Of a DNA stretch of 41,330 bases, positions 1-8,143 are shown one piece after another; the first letter of the stretch is position 1, and every line of letters starts with the position of its first letter. Under the pieces are notes generated by a model. That model worked only from the letters and a program-made list of their open reading frames with translations, was not told where the DNA came from and searched no databases. The position numbers were made by a program, and so were the translations under genes. This DNA comes from Promethearchaeota archaeon (GTDB lineage Archaea; Asgardarchaeota; Lokiarchaeia; Sigyniarchaeales; SOKP01), in NCBI GenBank assembly GCA_016839745.1, contig JAEOTS010000179.1, positions 1-41,330 of the forward strand, in the 5' to 3' direction.

Positions 1-498
1 ATTGATATTGATGTAGATGCCGATATAGATGTAGATACTGATATATTTGGCACTACAACTAGCCCTGCTCCAATTATGCTATTGGCGTCTGCGTTTCTCT
101 TAGTGTTCGGCATTTCAGGAATCTCGCTTTACTATATAATCACCATTGAAGCCTTAAAGTTTATTATGTTCATAGGATCACCAAGTATTGCGCTTATCTC
201 TTCAAAATATCTTAATGCAGCTTGGAAATATATTGCGAAATCGGAGTATTATAAAATATCCTCAACGCAAAATTTAATAGGAAAAGAGGGAGAGGTTATA
301 TTACCTATTGATGAGAGAGGAGGCGTAATTAGAATAAATTCAACAACCCCTATGAAATACGAGAAGCTTCATGTTATGCCTTATAACGATCCATCTTATT
401 TTGAGAGAGGCATGAAAGTTTATATTGTAGCAATTAAAGATAACAAAGTGAGGGTAGCTCCTAATAAAAATATAATTAAAAAAAAAGGTGAAAAATAA
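1..498 (+). CDS. NfeD-like (YuaF/YqiJ-type) membrane protein, flotillin partner; 5'-truncated by the window edge
   Basis: Frame 1 is open from base 1 (IDIDVDADIDVDTDIFGTT...). It has an Asp-X repeat, then two hydrophobic segments, then a NfeD C-terminal OB-fold signature (LIGKEGEVILPI...GVIRI...GMKVYIVAIKDNKVRV). It lies upstream of an SPFH gene. Confidence 0.8.
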   Translation: MDIDVDADIDVDTDIFGTTTSPAPIMLLASAFLLVFGISGISLYYIITIEALKFIMFIGSPSIALISSKYLNAAWKYIAKSEYYKISSTQNLIGKEGEVILPIDERGGVIRINSTTPMKYEKLHVMPYNDPSYFERGMKVYIVAIKDNKVRVAPNKNIIKKKGEK

Positions 499-697
499 AG
501 AAATGAGCGTGAGTGAAAGAGAAATGGAAGAGAAAAAATATAACTGGCTCTATTTTCATGGTAAAGATGTAAATACTAAAAAGTTTCAAAAGAAAATTAA
601 CAAAAAGTCTACTTTGGCTTATGTTATTTTGATAAACAGCGTTATTATTATAGGTATTATTTTGATTATTTGGATATTAGCTAGCCTAGTGGGTTAG
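488..697 (+). CDS. Small membrane protein with a single C-terminal TM helix
   Basis: 69 aa, GTG start, overlaps the NfeD stop. Charged N-terminus and hydrophobic C-terminus (YVILINSVIIIGIILIIWILASLVG). Confidence 0.55.
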   Translation: MKNKEMSVSEREMEEKKYNWLYFHGKDVNTKKFQKKINKKSTLAYVILINSVIIIGIILIIWILASLVG

Positions 698-762
698 TAT
701 ATTGATGACAATTAAAATTTATAAAAAAATGGAATAAAAAAAGAGAAAAAAATTCAAAAAAA

Positions 763-769
763 AGGAGGT
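763..769 (+). promoter_or_regulatory. Shine-Dalgarno-like motif for the flotillin gene
   Basis: AGGAGGT ending 12 nt before the ATG at 782. Confidence 0.5.
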
Positions 770-781
770 TTTAAGAAAAAA

Positions 782-1954
782 ATGTTGTTTCAAGAGATTA
801 ATGGATGGGTTGTCGGCATTGCAGTGACTTGTGCTATAGTAGCGTTCTTATTCATAATATTTATGGCCGCGCGATATCGGAAATTTAAAACAAATCAGTT
901 TGTAATTCACTTAAGAAATGGTAAGGTAAAATCAGCAGGGCTCGGTGGTCGTATATGGTTATTGCCTTTAATTGACGAATATATTGTTATTCCGACGACT
1001 AGTATACAAACGATTTTAGAAGCCCACGATCAAGTAGTTTCAAAGGAATACCAAAATATTGAATTCGTGGGAATGATTATTTGGAAAGTCGTTGATCCTG
1101 AGAAGGCGTTTAGTGCGGTTTCATGGAACTTGCGGGATGAAAATTATGTTGAAAAGATTCTAAAGGGAGCTGCTGAAGCCGTAATTAGAACAATATGTGC
1201 AAATATGCCACTTGAATTAATCATTAGAGAAAGAAGGGAGATAATTGATCATGTTCTAAAAGATTTACACGAATTATCAGCGGATTGGGGTATTTTAATC
1301 GAAACTTTCGAAATATTGGAAGTTATAATCGTAGAGACTGAATTAAAAAAGAACATGGAAGCTCTCAAGCAACAAATTGAGTATCAAAAAGCTAGAATCG
1401 CCAAAGCTAACGCAGAACAGGAATCTAGATTGAGAGAATTACAAGTACAAAACGAGATAGGCACTCAAGAACAATTGGTTCAGAGAGAAATTGAATTACG
1501 CAAGAAGGAAAAAGAAATCGCAATTGCTGAGAAAGAACGAGAGCGTAAACAAATTGAAGCAGATGGTGAACGCCTAAAGTTAGTAATTGAAGCTGACGCT
1601 CAAGCTTCTGCAATTAAGAAGAAATTAATTGCTCAAGCTGAAGGTGAAGCTGAAAGCATTAGACAGCAAATGCTTGCACAAGCTGAAGGTTTCCAAGAAC
1701 AAGTGAATGCTATGAGTAGTGCCGATCAGAGGTTCTTAGCGGTTCAATTAACTAATATTTTACCTGAGATCTTTAAAAACTTAAGTCCTGATAAAATGTT
1801 TATCATGGGTAACGGCGATGAAGCATTTAGCTCGCTTTCAAAAGCTATCTTACCTTTTCTGCAGTTACTACCCGAATATTCAGATAAAATAAAGAACTTC
1901 TTAGGAAACGGAGACTTAAAGTCTAAGGTTCAAGAATTATTGGTCCAGAAATAG
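782..1954 (+). CDS. SPFH/band-7 domain flotillin-like protein
   Basis: N-terminal TM helix, then an SPFH domain (WKVVDPEKAF, IRTICANMPLELII, DWGILIETFEI), then an AE/EA-rich flotillin coiled coil. Confidence 0.9.
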   Translation: MLFQEINGWVVGIAVTCAIVAFLFIIFMAARYRKFKTNQFVIHLRNGKVKSAGLGGRIWLLPLIDEYIVIPTTSIQTILEAHDQVVSKEYQNIEFVGMIIWKVVDPEKAFSAVSWNLRDENYVEKILKGAAEAVIRTICANMPLELIIRERREIIDHVLKDLHELSADWGILIETFEILEVIIVETELKKNMEALKQQIEYQKARIAKANAEQESRLRELQVQNEIGTQEQLVQREIELRKKEKEIAIAEKERERKQIEADGERLKLVIEADAQASAIKKKLIAQAEGEAESIRQQMLAQAEGFQEQVNAMSSADQRFLAVQLTNILPEIFKNLSPDKMFIMGNGDEAFSSLSKAILPFLQLLPEYSDKIKNFLGNGDLKSKVQELLVQK

Positions 1955-1960
1955 GAATAA

Positions 1961-1972
1961 TTTTTTTTTTTT
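1961..1972 (+). terminator. Poly-T archaeal terminator
   Basis: A 12-T run starting 7 nt after the flotillin stop codon. Confidence 0.55.
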
Positions 1973-2091
1973 ATAAATATTTTTCTTATCCTTATCATTT
2001 TCTTACTAAATAGTTAGAAATGAGTAAAAAAATTTTTAATTTAGAAATAATTTATTAATGTAAAAATTTACATAAATCTGAATTAAGCCTT

Positions 2092-2214
2092 GCCTCCGTG
2101 GCTTACATTATTTGTATATCACAAATAATAGCTAAGGTGGTAGAGCATTGCCTTGGTATTCATAAGAACGAACCAAACAGGCAAAGGTCGCGGGTTCAAA
2201 TCCCGCCGGAGGCT
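2092..2214 (+). tRNA. tRNA-Thr(GGT) with two introns (14/15 at 2106-2135; canonical 37/38 at 2159-2178)
   Basis: Spliced cloverleaf: GCCTCCG/CGGAGGC acceptor stem, GCTT/GAGC D-stem, TTGCC-TTGGTAA-GGCAA anticodon arm, GCGGG-TTCAAAT-CCCGC T-arm, T discriminator. Both insertions fold as bulge-helix-bulge motifs (the second is relaxed). Confidence 0.93.
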
Positions 2215-2221
2215 TTATTAC

Positions 2222-2337
2222 GCCGGTGTGGCTTAGCTTGGTTATAGCGCCAGACACACATTCATTCGAAACTGGGTCAGACTGATTGTGCTGGACTCAT
2301 AATCTGGAGGTCGAGGGCTCAAACCCCTCCACCGGCA
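2222..2337 (+). tRNA. tRNA-Met(CAT), probably the elongator, with a 41-nt intron at 32/33 (2256-2296)
   Basis: GCCGGTG/CACCGGC acceptor stem. After splicing the anticodon arm is CCAGA-CTCATAA-TCTGG. T-arm GAGGG-CTCAAAC-CCCTC, A discriminator. BHB: CCAG/CTGG helix with ACA and ACT bulges. G1-C72 argues against the initiator, and the GCC start argues against typical archaeal Ile2. Confidence 0.9.
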
Positions 2338-2412
2338 CTTTTTCTGCATATTATAAGAATTGTAATATCGAAGAATTTAAGATATATCTTTAATTTGATT
2401 TCTTTGATTCTA

Positions 2413-3186
2413 ATGACCTCCTCAAAAGAAATTAAACGATTTCAAGAATTTTTGATGAACGCTTGGCCCGCAGAACATTACTTCTTTTTGAATGGATGGA
2501 TATTGCGATTTACTACGGGAGTAACTTATCGAGCTAATTCAGTGATCCCAATTAATTACACTGGAAACAGAGCTCTTGTCGAAAAGGACATCAAAATTGT
2601 AGAAAATGCTTACAAATCTTACGATTTACCAACTATATACACTATGCATGAACATTTTGAACCTGCAGGACTGGATGAAATTTTACGAGACCGTGGATAT
2701 ATTGAACAAGATCGCACAAATGCCTTATTAATGTCTGTCGAACATCTTAATTTAAAAGACATTAACGAAGATTATAGATACGAGATTTATAATGAACGAG
2801 TAATTAAATTTTCGTCTTTATTATCAAGATTTACGAAACGAGATAAATTCCAGCAGGAGGTAATAAAAGAGATAACAAGTAGAATTGTGGTTCCAAAGAA
2901 ATGTTTTGTCATAGCTAAATTGGAGGGAGAACCTATAGGGACTTTAATGGGTGTACTAAATCCTCATGGCTATGTGTATATTGCTGATGTATTTGTTATC
3001 CCAGAATTTAGGCGTCAAAAAATAGCAAACTCTATGCTCAAAACCGTAATAAAAGAATGGGCAATATCGAATGGTGCTAAAAATATATGGCTTCAAGTAG
3101 AACTACGAAATAACGATGCTATGAAATTATATGAGAATTTAGGGATGGAAAAAATTTACAGTTATTATTATCTAAGAAGAGATTAA
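2413..3186 (+). CDS. GNAT family N-acetyltransferase
   Basis: NAWPA and RANSV N-terminal motifs; acetyl-CoA motif VIPEFRRQKIA; C-terminal WLQV...N..AMKLYENLG. The ATG at 2413 is preferred over the TTG at 2395. Confidence 0.88.
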   Translation: MTSSKEIKRFQEFLMNAWPAEHYFFLNGWILRFTTGVTYRANSVIPINYTGNRALVEKDIKIVENAYKSYDLPTIYTMHEHFEPAGLDEILRDRGYIEQDRTNALLMSVEHLNLKDINEDYRYEIYNERVIKFSSLLSRFTKRDKFQQEVIKEITSRIVVPKKCFVIAKLEGEPIGTLMGVLNPHGYVYIADVFVIPEFRRQKIANSMLKTVIKEWAISNGAKNIWLQVELRNNDAMKLYENLGMEKIYSYYYLRRD

Positions 3187-3376
3187 TCTAATTTTTTGAG
3201 TTTAAAATTTGCATTTCGTTTTTTCAAATGAATTTTCATCGGAATCAGACTCTGAATTTACCTTTTCGTCCTTTTTAAAAGAGTAGTTTTCTTTGACAGC
3301 ATAGTAAAAGATTTTTAAGTTAACTAATCCTAGTATTCTTCACCTTGGAATCCATTAAAAAAAATGTCAAATAGAG

Positions 3377-3709
3377 GTGAAAGTTATGTATATGGTCTCA
3401 ATCACAAAATTTCCCGTGAGTAAAGGTAAAGAAGTGGGTAAAAGGTTTATTGAAGCATCAAAGAAATTTCCTCCTGATAGAACAATAGATAAGCAAATTT
3501 TGCGTATGGCCGCAAGAATTGTGGGAGACGAAGTAGTTTCTATAACTATATCAGAGGTTAAAGAAGGAAAGTTCCAAGAAGCGTTTCAGCGAAGTCATGA
3601 AATTCAAATGTTTTATTCAGATATAGAAGGAATGAAATTTGACGTACAACCTTACTTATCTGGGGTAGAATCTTTCCCACTAGTAGGTTTGGAGATGCCA
3701 TCTGAATAG
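3377..3709 (+). CDS. Hypothetical small alpha/beta protein
   Basis: 110-aa ORF with an AGAGG SD-like motif overlapping the GTG (the ATG at 3386 or 3392 may be the true start) and a downstream T run. No recognisable motif. Confidence 0.7.
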   Translation: MKVMYMVSITKFPVSKGKEVGKRFIEASKKFPPDRTIDKQILRMAARIVGDEVVSITISEVKEGKFQEAFQRSHEIQMFYSDIEGMKFDVQPYLSGVESFPLVGLEMPSE

Positions 3710-3747
3710 TCGTATCATTTAAAGTTCATTAAATATAATTATTATTC

Positions 3748-3757
3748 TTTTTTTTTT
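3748..3757 (+). terminator. Poly-T terminator
   Basis: 10-T run downstream of the 3377-3709 ORF. Confidence 0.45.
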
Positions 3758-3821
3758 ATTTTAGGATAAAATACTGATAAAAAATGAAAAGTTCTTTTTA
3801 CTGAGAATTTTATATAATAAT

Positions 3822-5201
3822 ATGTTTGTCCATCCTTCTTCTCATGCTTTTGAACCTTTTAAGTACACAACTCTGGAGGATTTAAAAAATGAGTTAAAGA
3901 GATTGTCGATCCCTCTCCCCATAAGTTCTTTTACTGAAAATTTGAGCGAAGCTATTCAATCTAAACATCTTATTATCCCTAACAGACTTTCAATCCAACC
4001 AATGGAAGGATTCGATGCAAACCTTAATGGTTCACCGAGTGATCTTACATTCCGACGTTACAAGCGCTATGCTAAAGGTGGAGTTGGTCTCATCTGGTTT
4101 GAAGCGACTGCAATCTCAGAGGACTGTCGATCAAATGACCATCAATTAGTGCTTTCGGAAGATAATGTAAATGATTTTAAGCAACTCACTTCTCTCATTA
4201 GAGATCAATGCGACCGTAATTTGGAATTATTAGGATTTAAAAACAGGTGTTGTTTAATACTGCAATTAAATCATTCAGGTAGGTATTCAAAACGAAATGG
4301 AAATAAATATCCGATTAGAGCTTATCATAGTGATGAATTAGACAGCGCGATTTCCGTAAAAAGAAAGGATGGTGTTATTATTTCAGATGATGAACTAAAA
4401 GAGATTGAAGAAATCTGGGTAAGAAAGGCTATTTTAGCAAAGGAAAGCGGATTTGATGGCGTAGATATTAAAGCGTGTCATGGCTATTTGATTAGCGAAT
4501 TGTTATCTTCTTTTCATCGCGAAAATTCTAAGTATGGAGGATATAGTTTAGAAAATCGATCCAAATTATTTTTAGATATAGTTACTCAACTGCAGAATAA
4601 ATTTAGAAAAGATTCCGATTTTTTAATTACTTCACGCGTAGGAGTATACGATGGTATTCCTTATCCTACAGGATTTGGAGTTAAAAGTATTGTCAATGAT
4701 AATTTTCCAGCATCTATTGATCTTGAGGAACCTGTCGAGTTAATTAATAAATTATACGATCTTGATGTAAAGCTTATTAACATCACAGCAGGTAATCCTC
4801 ATTACAAAGGACATATCACGCGTCCATACGATGTTCCAGTAAAGGGAGGAAAGTTACCTAAAGAGCATCCATTATTTAGCGCTTATAGAATAATATATTT
4901 AACCTCAGTGATTAAAAGTTTAGTTCCACATGATATGATAATTGTAGGATCAGGTTATTCCTATTTCCGACAGTTTGCAGGTAATCTTGCATCAGGAGTT
5001 ATTCAAAAAGGAATGGTAGATATATGTGGCTTTGGGAGAATGTCTTTTGCGAATCCAGAATTTGCTAAGCAAATTTTTCAAGGAAAAACCATAGATAAAA
5101 CAAAATCTTGTATAAGTTGTTCGAAATGTTCACAATTTATGAGGGAGGGCAAATCTACAGGATGTGCCGTTAGAGATCCCGAGTATAGAAATAAAGAATA
5201 G
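3822..5201 (+). CDS. NADH:flavin oxidoreductase (Old Yellow Enzyme family) with a C-terminal Fe-S motif
   Basis: PNRLSIQPME, GGVGLIWFEA, LQLNHSGR, GFDGVDIKACHGYL, YGGYSLENR; C-terminal CISCSKC...GC. Confidence 0.88.
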   Translation: MFVHPSSHAFEPFKYTTLEDLKNELKRLSIPLPISSFTENLSEAIQSKHLIIPNRLSIQPMEGFDANLNGSPSDLTFRRYKRYAKGGVGLIWFEATAISEDCRSNDHQLVLSEDNVNDFKQLTSLIRDQCDRNLELLGFKNRCCLILQLNHSGRYSKRNGNKYPIRAYHSDELDSAISVKRKDGVIISDDELKEIEEIWVRKAILAKESGFDGVDIKACHGYLISELLSSFHRENSKYGGYSLENRSKLFLDIVTQLQNKFRKDSDFLITSRVGVYDGIPYPTGFGVKSIVNDNFPASIDLEEPVELINKLYDLDVKLINITAGNPHYKGHITRPYDVPVKGGKLPKEHPLFSAYRIIYLTSVIKSLVPHDMIIVGSGYSYFRQFAGNLASGVIQKGMVDICGFGRMSFANPEFAKQIFQGKTIDKTKSCISCSKCSQFMREGKSTGCAVRDPEYRNKE

Positions 5202-5204
5202 TTT

Positions 5205-7226
5205 TTAACGTACTACTTTACCATCATTATAATCCTTCCAAACATTCTCAAACCAGCTAGAAGATTCTGGGATTTCTCTGACCTTAACCCATTTAATATT
5301 TATTTGGTCATTTTTCAAGGAAATTGTTTGAATTTGATTAGACAAGTCTAAATCGCTTTTTATAAAGTTATATGAGGATAATTTCTTTGGAAGGGAGACT
5401 AACCTTTCACCTAAATTAGCATTTAATTTATTTCTGTTAATTAGAAATGAACCTCGACTTTGTCCATAGCGTTTGTGATAATCGAAAATTGCTGAAAAGA
5501 AAAGATATTGAGTTAATAGAGAATCTTTTACTTGAAAATATTTAATTAAATCAGAAGCATCGTTGATAGTGATGATATCATCAAGATTTAGTAACTGTAG
5601 TTTAACATTGTATATTTCTCCTTCTAGGTCTTCTTTAGACCTTAAAATCCCTGCATATTTTTCCATTCGATTTTGAATTAACTCAAGAATTTTATTTGGA
5701 GTGAATTTTTCTTTATTTTTCATATTTTCTAAACATTTTTTTATCCTTTCTAAATAAGAAGTGAGTTGGTCTTCAATTTCAAGATAGAATTCTTCACTTG
5801 TTAAAGAAAGCATAGTATTGTATGTGCTAGCAATTTTTTGTGCGGTCCTCAAACCTCCCACTTGCCCCGCATTTAATGCAGCACCCCCAGGTCTATGAAT
5901 GCCGTGGCTTCCGTTGCTTTCACCAATAACAAATAGATGTTTAATATTAGATTCCCACCATATATTGCACGATACGCCACCATTCAAATGTTGATTACAC
6001 ACAGCAATTTGTAGAGGTTCAGTTGAGAGATCTATATCATGATCTTTATAATGTAAGAAGGCCTGTTCATTCAGAGATTTTAATCTTATAACCGGTAATT
6101 CTCCTTTAGAATTGGATTTCTCAAGGTATGTTTTTGCAGCTGAAGCCATTGAATTTAGATCGTATCCGCTGGGATTTCTAGTAAAATCTAGAAACACTCT
6201 TCTCCCAAGAATTTCTGTTTCGTAATATACAGCGATATCTATCAAAGACGATCCATAATCCTCAATCCGATCCGAACTGAAAGGCCATTGATATCCTTTT
6301 AAAAAAATTGCTTTTGACATTTCCTTAAATGAGGGAAAATATTCGTTGAGAAATTCATATTCTTCACCGTTTTCATTGATAGAAATATAACAGGGAATAA
6401 CCTGTTGGTAGGACCCTGAGACATTCCAGCGAAATTGAGTTGATGCTAATCCAAATTGAGATTCGGTAAGGTTTTGCATAATGCAACCTGCGTCAATAGC
6501 TAAAGAAGTGCTTCCTTTTTGAGAAAGTGGGTAAACTGAATTTTTATATAATAGTGAAGGCCCTCCAGTGGCTAAGACGATATTTCTCGTTTTAAAGATT
6601 TTAATTGATTTAATTAGATCCTTTAATTTTTCTTGATTAGATAATGAATTTATATCCAGACATATCATACCTATTACTTGTGGCTCATCGTAATCATCAA
6701 TAATTAATTCAGTAGCATAATATCTGTCAAATATGTTGATGCTTAATTCGGATACTACTTCAAGTAGTCGTTTACACATTTCTTGAGAGGTATAAGGGCC
6801 AATTGATGTAGCTCTTTGTTTGGGATCGTTATCTGTTTTATACCCTACAAATCCTCCATATTTATCGTATGGAAAAGATACCCCAAGTTGAACTAAATGA
6901 AAAAATTCTCGTATCGAATTGGTTGATTCTATCAAAGCAATATCTCCATGCATAGCTCCACCTGAAAACAAATCTTTGGCCATTTCAAATGGGGAATCAA
7001 CCTGGTCTCCGACGACAGACAATTTGTAGTACGTTTGTTTATCAGAACCTGCATTAAAAGAAGTTCCACCTCCTAATTCTTCAGTTACAAGGGCAATCTG
7101 CCATGGAGCGATACCTTCTTCTACTAAATGGATAGCACAATTTAACCCCGCAGCTCCAGTACCTATAATAACTGTATTGTACTCTAATATCTCAATGTCC
7201 TGTAGATCAATATCAAATAGTTCCAT
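5205..7226 (-). CDS. FAD-binding oxidoreductase, SdhA/FrdA/NadB flavoprotein superfamily
   Basis: Rossmann motif VIIGTGAAG, IVLATGG, HLNGGV, LFVIGE...HGIHRPGGAAL, and C-terminal SRG. Confidence 0.85.
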   Translation of the reverse strand: MELFDIDLQDIEILEYNTVIIGTGAAGLNCAIHLVEEGIAPWQIALVTEELGGGTSFNAGSDKQTYYKLSVVGDQVDSPFEMAKDLFSGGAMHGDIALIESTNSIREFFHLVQLGVSFPYDKYGGFVGYKTDNDPKQRATSIGPYTSQEMCKRLLEVVSELSINIFDRYYATELIIDDYDEPQVIGMICLDINSLSNQEKLKDLIKSIKIFKTRNIVLATGGPSLLYKNSVYPLSQKGSTSLAIDAGCIMQNLTESQFGLASTQFRWNVSGSYQQVIPCYISINENGEEYEFLNEYFPSFKEMSKAIFLKGYQWPFSSDRIEDYGSSLIDIAVYYETEILGRRVFLDFTRNPSGYDLNSMASAAKTYLEKSNSKGELPVIRLKSLNEQAFLHYKDHDIDLSTEPLQIAVCNQHLNGGVSCNIWWESNIKHLFVIGESNGSHGIHRPGGAALNAGQVGGLRTAQKIASTYNTMLSLTSEEFYLEIEDQLTSYLERIKKCLENMKNKEKFTPNKILELIQNRMEKYAGILRSKEDLEGEIYNVKLQLLNLDDIITINDASDLIKYFQVKDSLLTQYLFFSAIFDYHKRYGQSRGSFLINRNKLNANLGERLVSLPKKLSSYNFIKSDLDLSNQIQTISLKNDQINIKWVKVREIPESSSWFENVWKDYNDGKVVR

Positions 7227-7235
7227 ATTCCTCCC

Positions 7236-8036
7236 TTAAAGTCGATGTATGTGAAATCCTCCGTCGATATCTATTACGGATCCAGTTGAAAATGGTAAGA
7301 GCCCAGAAACAATAGCAACTACCGGTTTCGCTATATCAATGGGTTTTCCCCACCTCCTTATAGGAGTTAGGCCTTCTTTTATTAATTTGTCGTAATTATC
7401 ATGAACTTTTTCCGTCATAGGCGTATCAATAATTCCTGGCGAAATTTCATGTACAGGTATCCCATATTCGGATAATCTTTCTCCGAACAGTTTCGTCATC
7501 ATATTCATAGCTGATTTTGAAAGGCAATATTCTCCTCTATTAACAGAAGCAGTATATCGATTAATTGATGAAATATTGATGATATAAGGTTGATAAGTAT
7601 TTTTAAACTTTTCTCGTAATTGGATCATCCATTTAGAAATGGCTTGAGTTAGAAAATAAGGTCCCTTGAGATTAATTGACATTACTCGATCGTACGATTC
7701 TTCGGATGTTTCTAAAATATCTTTTCTGATTTTTGGTGCGACTCCAGCGTTATTAACCAAAACATCTATTCTTTTAAATTTATCTTCAATTTTTTCTATT
7801 AAAGTCTCACGATCTTCTTTTTTGCTTATATCTGCTTGTACATATAAAATTCTATCGTCGATTTCTTGACTATAAATTCCCTTTAGCTCGGAGTAATATT
7901 CTTCGGATAAAGCTTTAGTCGCGGCACCATTAATTACTACAGAATAGTCTAATTTTGCGAGTTCTAATACGATGGCTTTCCCAATTCCATGTGTACTTCC
8001 AGTTACTAATAGAACTTTTTTATTATGTGGTTCCAT
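7236..8036 (-). CDS. Short-chain dehydrogenase/reductase (3-ketoacyl-ACP reductase-like)
   Basis: TGSTHGIG, NNAG, catalytic YCLSK, PGIIDT and IDGG motifs. Confidence 0.92.
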   Translation of the reverse strand: MEPHNKKVLLVTGSTHGIGKAIVLELAKLDYSVVINGAATKALSEEYYSELKGIYSQEIDDRILYVQADISKKEDRETLIEKIEDKFKRIDVLVNNAGVAPKIRKDILETSEESYDRVMSINLKGPYFLTQAISKWMIQLREKFKNTYQPYIINISSINRYTASVNRGEYCLSKSAMNMMTKLFGERLSEYGIPVHEISPGIIDTPMTEKVHDNYDKLIKEGLTPIRRWGKPIDIAKPVVAIVSGLLPFSTGSVIDIDGGFHIHRL

Positions 8037-8143
8037 AGATTATAATTTATTTTATTGTTTTAAAATTGTTTTTAATTGACAACTATAATTACGGTATAAA
8101 AATCTAAAACATTTATTATCTCATAATCTTAAATTTAATTGTT

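Noticed and set aside
1425-1613. 62-aa minus-strand ORF
   Set aside because: Antisense shadow inside the flotillin gene; no motif.
2413-3186. GNAT as part of the flotillin operon (by analogy with yuaF-floT-yuaI)
   Set aside because: Separated from flotillin by a poly-T terminator and two tRNA genes; probably coincidental.
7666-7869. 67-aa plus-strand ORF
   Set aside because: Antisense to the SDR gene.
2338-8036. Genomic island integrated at the tRNA-Met 3' end
   Set aside because: No integrase, and I found no duplicated tRNA 3' end (att site) in the window.
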